A DNA stretch of 64,000 nt from Lama guanicoe (Eukaryota), in contig MU053094.1 of NCBI GenBank assembly GCA_013239625.1, positions 3,842 to 67,841 of the forward strand, written 5' to 3'. Shown here one piece after another: positions 1-12,300 of this stretch. Positions within the stretch are counted from its first letter, which is position 1. Every line of letters starts with the position of its first letter. The notes under the pieces are model-generated. The model did not search any database. It was not told where the DNA came from and saw only the letters and a list, made by a program, of their open reading frames with translations. Both the position numbers and the translations under genes were made by a program.

Positions 1-202
1 AGAGCAGTTGGGAGAAAACTAGTTGAGGCAACACAGAGAAGGCTGTAACCTGGCTTAAGAGGGATTTGAACACTGACTAAAGGGAGCACAGTGAGAAACG
101 GGGGGTGTGTTGGGCAAAAAAGCAAGGGCTATATCCCACCTTTAATTGCCGAGACTGGGGAAAGGGAGGAGGAGGACTCAGGTAGCCTTTAAAAAACAGA
201 TC

Positions 203-239
203 TGTGTGTATCTGTGTGTGTGCATATGTGCACACACAC
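203..239. repeat. Short (TG)n/(CA)n microsatellite with inverted arms
   Basis: tgtgtgtatctgtgtgtgtgcatatgtgcacacacac; 214-224 (gtgtgtgtgca) is the exact reverse complement of 229-239. Confidence 0.8.
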
Positions 240-1049
240 TTTTCTGCCTGGGCTTTTTAAATTTATTTAAGTAAAACAAAAATTAAGGGGGGAAAACACT
301 CCACTGAGAGGAAAATATTTGTCCATGGCAAAAGCTACCTGGTAATCAAATAAACAGGAGCTGAAAATGCCCACTGGTTTGAAACACGCAGCCGCCGGCA
401 GTGCAACTCCTGTCTCAGTGCTGCGGTGAGGGCCGTGGGGGATGCAAGGCTCCGAGCCCTGGAGAAGTCATCAGCGCAGGCACTTCTCCAAGAAACTGGA
501 CTTTAAAGGGAAGAAGAAAGAGAAGAAAGTATCAGAGAGCAACACAGGACTGTGAGAGAGGGTTGGGCGAGGGTTTGTTTTGTTTTACAGTGGGCGTTTC
601 TGGCCTTGATGAGTTCCTAGGCCTTTGCTGTTATTGGTCTTTGTTCCAAAAGCTTTTTAGAAAGTTCTTCTCGTTTGAATATCTGAACAGATTAAATCAT
701 GTTGGGTTATTTCTGGTATTTTATTTTTTAATTAATAAATTATCTGGAATTTATTTTAATATCAAATGTGAGGACACTGTGCCAGGTCTCCCAATGATTT
801 AGCTAATTACTCCAGTACTTGAATCCACTGATTTGAAGTGTCAGTTTTATAATATTACTAAAATCTCAAAAATATCCACGTCTATTCTTCAAATGCATTG
901 TATGACATTCATACTCTCAGTGCACTATTTCTATACTTTTTCCACGACCATAGATTAATGCCTTCTAGAGTTGGTCCTATTTAATCCTTTTCCAGAATAT
1001 CCCTAATACTGCAAATTCAAACTTCCCTCCTCATTATTTTATTTGTATA

Positions 1050-1370
1050 TATATGTATATTTCTGGAAGAACAATACGATCACCTTTCAGATATTTTTCT
1101 TAAATCCATTTTGGATTATTAACTAAATTTGCATTCAGATTCTAAATTTACTTTGGAGAAATAATGTTCTTTGTCCCCCAAGCTTGAGTCTGCCCAATGA
1201 AGAGTATAGTGCATTCTACTGCTCATTCAATCATCATATTTTTTTCTTTTTTTTAAGTCATTTATCAGAATCATCTTAACATTTTTAATTAATTTATTTC
1301 TGAATAGTCTGTGCCTTTGTTGTCATTATAATGATATCTTTTCTGGGTTTTTAACTGGGTTGATTGCTAA
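1050..1370 (-). mobile_element. Highly decayed LINE-1 (old L1M/L1ME-like) ORF2 3' fragment, antisense
   Basis: T-rich stretch 'ttttggattattaactaaatttgcattcagattctaaatttactttggagaaataatg...ttgagtctgcccaatgaagagtatag' resembles, from memory, the antisense L1M ORF2-end consensus (gggattttgattgggattgcattgaatttatagattaatttggggagaattgacatc...ttgagtcttcccatccatgaacatgg). Boundaries are approximate. Confidence 0.55.
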
Positions 1371-2725
1371 TAAACTCCTAATTTCTGGCAATGAGAAGGA
1401 GATCTGACAGTGTGGGGCACTCTTTCCAATATGGTGACTGTGAGCAGTGTGTTACCTTAGGATGTCCACTTGCCAATTTGCCAGTGGCTGCACCCACTCC
1501 ACACATTTCTGCTACTTACCTGCCCCCTGTAGGCAGATGAGTTCATGTAGGGTTAGGTGGGTTATGGACACAGATACTGATATCACTGCTGCCACACTGC
1601 TGACTCTGTGGCATCACTAACTCTGGTTCTTGCTCTCTGACCTCCCTGAATATGACAGCTCCTTTTGGGCTGTGGACCTACTGCATCTATCCAGCACTGT
1701 CAGCTTTTATGCAACACACCCCTGCCTCTCAGGTCAGAAGCAAACGTCAGCTCCTCCTACACATCCAACCCATCCACAGTCTTGCCGTTCCTGGCCAGAA
1801 TGGTCCCTACCCCTTGACTGATCAGTAACACTAAAGGGACTTTAAATTTGCCTCTCATCCTCTGTCTTAGTTACATACCTGTGCTAGTTTACTTTAAAGG
1901 TCTGCCAGTTAGGAGGGGAGGGTCTAAAAGTCTTTTAGATTTCTGGCCTTATCATTTCTAACTGCTCCCCCACCCCATGGAACAGCTTACCACAGATCTC
2001 TGCTGCCCCATCTGTAGCAATGCCCTGTAAATTACAGACAGAGAGAAAAGAACTTCTAAGCCACCACCATAGCTTTGACTTCCTGTGACCACAGAGATCA
2101 TAGAAATATCAAGATAAAAATTCCTGAAGAAGGATATTTTTCTTAGGAAGACACTTTAATTGCATACCTTTCTGTGACTTGTAATAAATTCATAGACTCT
2201 CTGAATGTGCTGCACTCACTTTCCCAGACTCATAGGAGCTTGCTCACTTGCCTATTTTCAGTGTATTTCCTCCAACATTCTCTATGCATAGCTTTCCCAA
2301 AGGTACATTTCTTATTTCTATTTAAACTGTTAGATAAATCCACAATATTCTTTTTTTAATCCTCAATATTACAAATCATCTTCCAAGATTGCATTATTTC
2401 AACACTGAGAGTGAATAATATGCTTCAAGATTCCCAAGTTTATTACGAGCAAATAACTATGGTTAGTTGAAGATTTTTATGTATGTTATTCCTACTAAGG
2501 TTATATACGTGAAAGAAACAGTTTGTAATAAGTCTTCTTCCCAGAGATATTATATTTGCCTTTTGTTTGGATTCTTTCACTGTTAAACATTATTATTACC
2601 ATGAATGTGTTTTCTCTTTGGGATTTAGTTCACCATTTGCCACTCTCTCTTTACAGGAGTAAAGGAATATATGTTGTCCTTCCATCCGTCCACCACTCCA
2701 TGTTATGTGTCCATTCCTTAAACAG

Positions 2726-2932
2726 GTATTCAGTTTGGGTTCACCACCTTATCTGTGGCCTCTTTCCAGTGGCCCCTCTGTTGGCTCTGGAGAACAATAT
2801 ATTGCAAATCAGAGTGGGTACGTGGAAACTTGACTACAAAGTATAGACGCATGGTGCCAGAAAAAGCCCAGAACATCACAGCGTGGCAGTCAACCATGAA
2901 AGTAACAGCAATTCTGGCTGTGGTGGACCAGC
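2726..2932 (+). pseudogene. ANO6: Anoctamin-6 (TMEM16F)-like pseudo-exon, TM7-TM9 region, with three 1-bp indels; unprocessed duplicate fragment
   Basis: Stitched translation IQFGFTTLSVAS/PVAPLLALENNILQIRVGTWK/LTTKYRRMVPEKAQNITAWQSTMKVTAILAVV/TS matches recalled ANO6 [68 protein letters not shown]. Acceptor ttaaacAG ends at 2725 and donor GTGAGT is at 2933-2938. Indels: -1 near 2764, +1 near 2830, +1 near 2926. Length 207 = 206 (2 nt + 68 codons) -1+1+1. Confidence 0.88.
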
Positions 2933-3344
2933 GTGAGTAAAAAGGCTTCATTGGGTGAAGACTTAGAAGAGTCCAAAAATGCATTGGCGTTGCTTCCTAA
3001 GGAATCCAGTGATGGGTATTGTTTAATATGAGAGGGAGATGCTAACACTATCATCGTTATAAACAACATAGTTGTTGTAATTGTTATTATTTTTATATAA
3101 TTTCTTTATAATAATTATTTGTGACTTACAAGACCCTTACAGAGGCAGTTGTTAAGAAGTGTGGCCATTATACTGTTACAGAAGTGTTAATTCAGTAGAA
3201 GTATGGTAATAGTATTAATGAGTACTCTTTTGATCCTCACATGAATATAAAAGTTACCCAGGAGTGCTTGTATAATGGAGATAGAAATCAATCCATTTAA
3301 GAGTTTGTAGAACCTAAAATAACAGCAGTCATTCCACCGTATTT

Positions 3345-6300
3345 GACTTTGTGTGTGTGCTGGAGGTGGGGAAACAGAGCCCACACATTTTCTGGGGGCA
3401 CATGTGTTCTCAGGCTGGGGGATATCGGCTAAAAACCTCCACTGCCCATAGAGAGGCACACGCCAATACTTGGCTTAGAGCCCAACCCCCACATTCCCTG
3501 TAAGACCGGCCTAGGAAAACACTCAGGGAAGACAAGCTAAGGGATTCTATTAGAACCCAGGAGCTGCTGTCAGTTGGAGGAACTTCCCCACACTCAGGAT
3601 TCCAGAAAAAAGCCTTGTATGGGGGGAAGGTGGGGAGACCAACAGCAGGCAGAAGGCTGGGGGCACACTTGTTTCCCGTTATGTAGATATCCGCTAATTA
3701 CCTCCAGAGTCAATCAGGGGGCACTCGCATCTACTTGGCTTCCAAGCCCAGCCAACAGCTTTCCCTCGCAGCCTGGCATAGGAAAATACAAAGGGAAGAC
3801 ACTCTAATGGATTCTATTTGAACCCAGGGGCAGCTGTCAGATGGAGGAGCCTCTCAACCCTCAGGATAAAAGAGCACGACTTTGTGTGTGTGCTGGAGGT
3901 GAGAAAACAGAGTACACGCATCTTACTGGGGGCACAGTTATTCCCAGGTTGGGGGTTGTAAGTTAAACACCTCCACCTCCCATGGAGAGGCACACACTAG
4001 TATTAGGCTTTAGAGCCCAACCCCCACTTTTGCTCACAGCCCGTTGTAGGAAAACACTCTTGCAAGTCAAGCTAAGGGATACTATTAGATCCCAGGTGCT
4101 GCTGTCAGTTGGAGGAGCCTCTCCACAGTCAGAATATCAGAACACTCCTTCGTGTGTGTGCTGGATGTGCGGAAACATAGTCCCCCCATATTTCAGGGGG
4201 CACAGGTATTCTCAGGTTGATGGTTGTAGATTAAACACCCCTACTTCCCATGGAGAGGGACTCGTTAATACTTGGACCTAGATCCCTACCCCCACTTTGC
4301 CCTGCACCACGTCCTAGGCAAATCATCAGGGAAGACAAGCTAAGGGATTCTATTACAAACAAGGCACTGCTGTCAGTTGGAGGAATATCATCAAATTCAG
4401 GATTCCGGAACCAAGCCTTGTGTTGGGGGGAGGTATGGCGCTCCATTCCATGCAGATGAATGGGGACACAGTTGTTCCCCGTTAGGGAGAATTCCTCTAA
4501 TTACTTCCTCAGTCCATCGGGGGCATGCGATGCTTCTTGGACTCCAAGACTAAAACCCATATTCCCTCACAGCCGGGCTTAGGGAAACACTCAGTGAATA
4601 CAAGCTAAGGGATTCTATTAGAACCCAGGTGCTGCTGTCATTTGCAGGAGCCTCCCCACACTCAGGATACCAGAACACATTGTGTGTGTGCTGGAGATGG
4701 GGAAACATAGTCCATGCATCTTTCTGTTGGCACAGATGTACCCAGGTTGGGGATGTTTTTTAAACACCTCCACTGCCCATAGAGAGGCACTCGCTAGTAC
4801 TTGGTTTAGAGCACAACTTCCACCGTTGCTATCAGCCCAGCCTAGGGAAACACTCAGGGAAGTCAAGTTAAGGGATACTATTAGATCCCAGTTGCTGCTG
4901 TCAGTTGGAGGAGCCTCTCCACAGTCAGGATACCAGAACAGGACTTCATGTGTGTGCTATATGTGGGGAAGCAGAGCCCATGCAACTTTCAGTGGAAACA
5001 GGTTTTCCCAGGATGGGGGATGTAGGTTAAACAGCTCCACTACCCATGGAGAGGCACAGGCTACTACTTGGCTTTAGAGCCCAACCCCCACTTTCCCTCA
5101 CAGCCCGGCCTGGGAAAACACTCAGGGAAGACAAGCTAAGGGATCCTATTAGAAACCAGGGTCTGCTCTCTGTTGGAGAAGCCACTCCACAGTCAGGATA
5201 CCAGAACACATTTTCATGTGTGTTCTCGAGGTGGTGAAACAGCGTCCACGCATTTTATGGGGGAACAGGTATTCCCAGGTGGGAGATGTAGTTTAAACTC
5301 CTCCACTGCCCATAGAGAGGCACTCGCTAATACTTGGCATTAGAGCGCAAACCCCACCTTCGCTCACAGCCCGGACAAGGAAAACACTCAGGGAAAAGAA
5401 ACTAAGGGATTCTTTAGATCCCAGGTGCTGCTCTCAGTTGGAGAAGCCTCTCCAAAGTCAGGAAAACAGAACACTTATTCATGTGTGTGCTGGAGGTGGG
5501 GAAACATAGACAACGTATCATTTAGGGGGCACAGGTATTCCGAGGTTCAGGATTGTAGGTTAAACACCTCCAGGTCCCATGGAGACGCACTCACAGATAC
5601 TTGGATTTAGAGCCATCAGGGAAGACAAGCTAAATGATTCAATTTGAACCCAGGCGCTGCTGTCAGTTGGAGGAACTTCCCCATACTTAGGACACCGGAA
5701 CCAATCCTTGTGCGGCGGGGAGGTGTGGAGACTCACTCCACGCAGATGAATGGGATCACAGGTGTTCCCCATAAAGGAGAAGTCCTCTAAATAGTTCCTC
5801 AGTCCATCGGGGGGCACTCACTGCTACTTGAATTCCAATCCCAACCCCCAGCATTCCCCCGCAGCCCGGGATAGGTAAACACTCAGGGAATACAAGCTAA
5901 GGGATTCTGTTAGGATCCAGGTGCTGCTGTTAGTTGGAGGAGCCTCTCCACACTCAGGATACCTGAACATATCTTCGTGAGTGTGCTGGAGGTGGGGAAA
6001 AATAATCCACGCATCATTATGGGGGAACAGGTGTTCCCAGGTTGGGGATGTACTTTAAGCACCTCCACTGACCATAGAGAGGCACTCGCTAATACTTGGA
6101 TTTAGAGCCCAAACCCCACCTTCGCTGACAGCCTGGCCTAGGAAAACACTTAAGGAAGTCAAGCTAAGTTATTCTATTAGATTCCAGGTGCTGCTGTCAG
6201 TTGCAGGAGCCTCCCCACACTCAAGACATGAGAACACTTCTTCGTGTTCGTGCTGCAGGTGGGAAAATATGGTCGACGCATATTTCATGGGGCACAGGTA

Positions 6301-9300
6301 TTTGCAGTTTGGGGGTTGTAGGTAAAACACTTGCATAGCACATGGAGAGGTTCTCGCTAATACTTGGTTGTTGAGCCCAACCCTCAATTTCCTCCACACT
6401 CAGGCCTAGGAAAACCATCAGGGAAATCAACTAATTGATTCTATTAGAATCCAAGGACTGTATTCAGTTAGAGGATCTTCCCCTCACTCAGGATTCCAGA
6501 AGCCAACCTTACGTGTGTGAGTTGTGGATCCCAACCAAACGCAGATGAATGGGGCACAGCTGTTCCCCATTAGGTAGAAGTCCTTTAAGAACTTCCTCAG
6601 TCAATTAGTGAGCACTTGCTTCTAATTGAACTCCAAGCCCAATCTTCAGCTTCCCTCACATCCTGAACTAGGGATACGCTCAGGGGATACAATTTAAAGT
6701 ATTTTATTAGAACCCAGGTGCTGCTGTCAGTGGGAGGAACTTCCCCACTCTCAGGATTCCAGAACCCAACCTTGTGTGTGGAGGAAATGTGGAGCCCCAC
6801 TACTTGCAGATGAATGGGGGCAAAGGTGTTCCCCGTTAGGAAGAAATCCTCTAAGTAAATCCTCAGTCCATGAGGGGAACTTGGACTCCCAACCCTCAGC
6901 TTTCCCTGATAGCCCGGCCTAGGGAAAAATTCAGGGAATACAAGCTAAGGGATTCTATTAGATCCCAGGCACTGCTGTCAGTTGGAGGAGCCTCCCCACA
7001 CTCAGGATACCTGAACAAGTCTTCTTGTGTGTGCTGGAGGTGGGGATACGGATTCTATGCATCTTTTTGTGGACACAGGTGTTCCCAGTTTGAGGATGTT
7101 GTTAAAACACCTCCACTGCCCATAGAGAGGCCCTCACAAATACTTGGCTTTAGAGAACAATCTCCATGTTTGCTGACAGCCCGGCCTAGGAAAACACTCA
7201 AGGAAGTCAAGCTAAGGGATTCTATTTGATCCTAGGTGCTACTGTCAGTTTGAGGAGCCTCCGCACACTCAGGATACCAGAAGACTTCTTGTGTGTTCTG
7301 GAGGTGCGGAAAGAGAGTCCACGCATCTTGCAGGGGGCACAGGCATTCCCATGTTGGGAGTTGTAGGATAAACAACTCCAAATCCCATGGAGAGGCACTC
7401 GCTAATTCTTGGTTTTAGAGCCCATACCCCACTTTCCCCCACACTGCATCCTATGCAAACCATCAGCGAATACCACCTTTGGGATTCCGTTAGAACCCAG
7501 GCGCTGCAGTCTGTTGGAAGAACTTCCCCACTCTCAGGAATCTGGATCCCAGTCTTGTGATGAGGGTAGTTGTGCAGCCTCAATCCATGCAGATTAATGT
7601 GGGCACAGGTGTTTCCAGTTAGGGAGAAGTCCTCTAAGTAATTCCTCTGTTCATGGGGGGGGCAGGCACCACTACTTGGCCTCTAAGCCCAACCCCCAGC
7701 TTTCCCTCAAATCCCGGTCTAGGGAAACACTCAGAATACAAGCTAAGGGATTCTATTAGAACCCAGGCGATGTTGTCAGGTGGAGGAGCCTTCCCACAGT
7801 CAGGAAACATGAACAAGTTTTCGTGTGGGTTCTAGAGTTTGGGAAACAGAGTCTACGCTTCTTTATGGGGGCACAGGTGTTTCCAGTTTGGAGATGTAGT
7901 TTAAACACATCCACTGCCCATAGAGAAACACTTCATTATACTTGGCTTTAGAGACCAACCCCCAAATTTGCTCGCAGCCCAGCCTAGAGAAACACTCATG
8001 GAAGTCAACCTAAGGGATTCTATTAGATCCCAGGTTCTGCTATGATTTGGAAGAACCTCCCCACACCCAAGATAACACAACACTATTTCATGTGTCTCTT
8101 GGAAGTGGGGAAACAGAGTTCAGGCATTTTCATGGGCCATAGGTATTCCCAGGTTGCGGGTTTTTGGTTAAACACCTCCACTTCCCATGCAGAGGCATTC
8201 GCTAATACTCGGTTTAATTGCCCAAACCCTACTTTCCCCCGCACTCTGTCCTAGGCAATCCAACAAGTGAGACAAGCTAAGTGATTCTATTTGAACCCAG
8301 GTGCTGGTCTCAGTTTTAGGAACTTCCCCACACTCAGCATTCCAGAATCAAGCCTAGTGTGTGGGGGAGTTGTGGAGCCCCACTCCACGCAGACATATGT
8401 GGGCACAGGTGTTCCCCATTAGGGAGAATTACTTTTAGTATTTCCTCTGTCTATTGGGGGACACTGGATGCTAATTTCATTCCAAGCCCAAACTTCAGCT
8501 TTCCTTCACAGCCCGGCCTTGGGAAACACTCATGGAATATAAGCTAAGGGATTGTATAGGACCCAGGCAATTTTGTCTGTTGGAGGAGCCTTCCCACAGT
8601 CAAAAAACCTGAACTCGTTTTCGTGTGTGTTCTAGTTTGGGAAACAGACTCCACGCAATTTTATTGGGGGCACAGGCGTTCCTGGTTTGGAGATGTAGTT
8701 TAAACACATCCACTGCCCATTGAGAGGCACTCGATTATGCTTGGCTTTAGAGACCAACCCCCAACTTCGCTCACAGCCCAGCCTAGAGAAACACTCAGGG
8801 AAGTCCACCTAAGGGATCCTATTAGAACCCAGGTTCTGCTGTGATTTGGAGGAGCATCCCCACACCCAAGATAACAGAACAGTTTTTCGTGTGTCTGCTG
8901 GAAGTGGGGAAACATAGTTCAGGCATTTTCAGGGGCAACTGGTATTCCCAGGTTTGTCGTTTGGGTTAAACACGTCCACTTCCCATGCAGAGGCACTCGC
9001 TAATACTCGGTTTTAGAGCCCAACCCCTACATTCTCCCGCACTCTGGCCTATTCCTACCATTAGGGAAGACTTGCTAAGGTACTCTATTCAAATCCAGGC
9101 GCTCCTGTCAGTTGGAAGAACTTCCCCACACTCAGGATTCCAGAACACAGCCTTGTGTGTGGGGAAGTAGTGGAGCCCCAATCCATGCAAATGAAAGGGG
9201 GCACAGGTGTTCCTGATTAGGGACAAGCCCTCTAAGTTCTTCGTCAGTCCATCAGGGAGCACTCGCTGCTACATGGCCTCCAAGCCCATCCCCATGTTTC

Positions 9301-12300
9301 CCTCGCAACCCGACCTAAGGAAACACTAAAGCAATACAAGTTAAAGCATGCAATTAGAACCCAGGCGCTGCTGTCAGTTGGAAGAGCCTACCCACACTCA
9401 GGATAACTTAACAAGACATCGTGTCTGTGCAGGAGGTGGGGAAACAGAGTCCACGCATTTTTAAGGGGGCACAGGAATTACCCGGTTGGCGTTTGTATGT
9501 TAAACAACTACACATCCCATGGAGAGGCACTCGCTAATACATGGTTTTAGAGGCCAAACCCTACTCTCACCCGGACTCTGGCCAATGAAAGCCATCAGGG
9601 AATACCAGCTAAGGGATACTTAAAGAAGCCAGGCACTGCTGTCTGTTGGAGGAGCCTCCCCACACTCAGGATAGCAGAACACCTCTCTGTGTGTGTGCTG
9701 AAATTGGGGAAACATAGTCCCCGTATCACAAATGGGGAACAGGCATTCCCAGGTTGTGGTTTGTAGGGTGAAGAACTCCACATCAAATGAAGAGGCACTC
9801 TCTAATACTTAGTTTCAGAACCTAAAACCCACTTTCCCCCGCACTCCAGTCTAGGCAAACCATCAGGGAAGACAAGAAAAGGGATTATATTACAGCCCAT
9901 GCGCTGCTGTCTGTTGGGGATATTTTCTACACTCAGGATTCCAGAAAATAGCCTTCTGTGTGGGGGAGTTGTGGAGCCCAAATCCAAGCAGATGAATGGG
10001 GGCACAGGTGTTCCCTGTTAGGGAGAATTCCTCTAAATACTTCCTCAGTCCATAGGGGGCACTCGCTTCTACTTGACTTCCAATCCCACACCCCAGGTTT
10101 CCCATGCATCTCCGCCTAGGGAAACACTCCGGGAATGCAAGCTAAGTGATTATATTAGGACCCAGGGGCTGCTGTCTCTTGGAGGAGCCTTCCTTCACTC
10201 AGGATACCTGAACACGTATTCGTGTGTGTGCTGGTGGTGGGGAAAGGGTCCACGCAACATATGGGGCACAGGTGTTTCCAATTTAGGTATGTGTTTTAAA
10301 CACCTTCATGGCCCATAGAGAGGCACTGGCTAATACTTGGATTTAGAGCCCAACCCCCACCATCGCTCACAGCCCAGCATAGAAAATCACTAAAGGAAGT
10401 CAAGCAAAGGGATTCTATTAGATCCCAGGTGATGCTGTCAGTGGGAGGAACTTCCCCACTCTCAGGATTCCAGAACCCAACCTTGTGTGTGGAGGAAATG
10501 TAGAGCCCCACTACTTGCAGATGAATGGGGGCCCAGGTGTTCCCCGTTAGGGAGAAGTCCTCTAAGTAACTCCTCAATCCATGAGGGGGGCACTCGATGC
10601 TACTTGGACTCCCTGCCCAACCCTCAGCTTTCCCTGATAGCCCGGCCTAGGGAAAAATTCAGGGAATACAAGCTAAGGGATTCTATTAGATCCCAGGTGC
10701 TGCTGTCAGTTGGAGGAGCCTCCCCACACTCAGGATACTGGAACATGTCTTCTAGTCTGTGCTGGAGTTGGGGATAAGTTTCTATGCATTTTTATGTGGG
10801 CACAGGTGTTCCCAGGTTGAGGATGTAGTTAAAACCCCTCCAAAGCCCATAGAGAGACCCTCGCAAATACTTGGCTTTAGAGCACAATCTCCACCTTGGC
10901 TGACAGCCCGGCCTAGGAAAACACTCAAGGAAGTCAAGCTAAGGGATTCTATTTGATCCTAGGTGCTACTGTCAGTTTGAGGAATTTCCCCACACTCAGG
11001 ATTCCAGGAGACTACTTCGTGTGTGTTCTGGAGGTGGGGAAACAGAGTCCACGCATCTTGCAGGGGGCACAGGCATTCCCAGGTTGGGATTGGTAGGATA
11101 AACAACTCGAATTCCCATGGAGAGGCACTCGCTAATTGGTTTTAGAGCCAACCCCACATTCCCCCGCACTGCGGCCTAGGCAAACCTTCAGGGAAAACAA
11201 TCTTTGGGATTCTTTTAGAACCCAGGCGCTGCTGTCTGTTGGAAAAACTTCCCCACTCTCAGGAATCTGGATCCCAGTCTTGTGAAGGGGGGAGTTGTGC
11301 AGCCTCAATCCACGCAGATCAATGGGGGCACAGGTGTTCCACATTAGGGAGAAGTCCTCTAATTACTTCCTCAGTTTTTGGGGGGTAGTCACCGCTACTT
11401 GGCCTCTAAGCACAACCCTAAGGTTTCCCTCAAAGCTCGGTGTAGGGAACACTCAGAATACAAGCTAAGGAATTCTATTAGAACCCAGGGGCTGATGTCA
11501 GTTTGAGGAGCCTCCCCATACTCAGGATACCAGAACTCTTTTTCGTATGTGTGCTTGGGGTTGGGAAACATAGTACACACATCTTTCACGTGGCACATTT
11601 ATTCCCAGGTAAGGGGTTGTAAGTTAAACACCTCCACATTCCTTGGAGAGGCACTCGATAATACTTGGTTTTAGAGCCCAAACCCCACTTTACCCCGCAC
11701 TCCGGCCTAGGAAAACCATCAGTGGAGACAAGCTAAGGGATTCTATTAGAACCCAGGTGTTGGTCTCAGATGGAGGAACTTCCCCACACTCGGTATTCCG
11801 GAATCGATCCTAGTGTGTGTGGGAGTTATGGAGCCCCACTCCACGCAGATATATGATGGCACAGGTGTTCCCCATTAGGGAGAATTACATTTAGTATTTC
11901 CTCTGTCCATCGGGGGACACTCGATGCTTATTTAATTCCAAGCCCAACCTCCAGCATTCCCTCGCAGCCCGGCCTAGGGAAACACTCAGGGAATATAAGG
12001 TAAGGGATTGTATTAGAACCCAGGTGATGTTGTCATTTCGAGGAGCCTTCCCACAGTCAGGAAACCTGAACAGGTTTTCGTGTGTGTTCTAGAGTTTGGG
12101 AAACAGAGTCCATGCATCTTCATGGGGGCACAGGTGTTCACAGTTTGGAGATGTAGTTTAAACACATAGAGAGGCACTCGATTGTACTTGGCTTTAGAGA
12201 CCAACCCCAAATTTGCTCACAGCCCAGCCTAGAGAAACACTCAGGGAAGTAAACCTAAAGGATCCTATTAGATCCCAGGTTCTGCTATGATTTGCAGGAT

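Noticed and set aside
401..802. 133-aa ORF in the unique flank
   Set aside because: It starts at GTG, has low-complexity composition and no recognisable domain; likely a chance ORF.
1400..2100. Possible additional old interspersed repeat (L1 5' region or LTR relic)
   Set aside because: The composition is suggestive, but I could not match it to a family by eye; it needs RepeatMasker or Dfam.
4482..4487. TTAGGG hexamers suggesting interstitial telomeric repeat
   Set aside because: Only isolated single copies occur, mainly one per B monomer, and never in tandem.
6118..6140. CENP-B box candidate (cttcgctcacagcccggcc-type motif in A1 monomers)
   Set aside because: It does not fit TTCGnnnnAnnCGGG in spacing or ending. 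I found no canonical box by eye, so centromeric function is not claimed.
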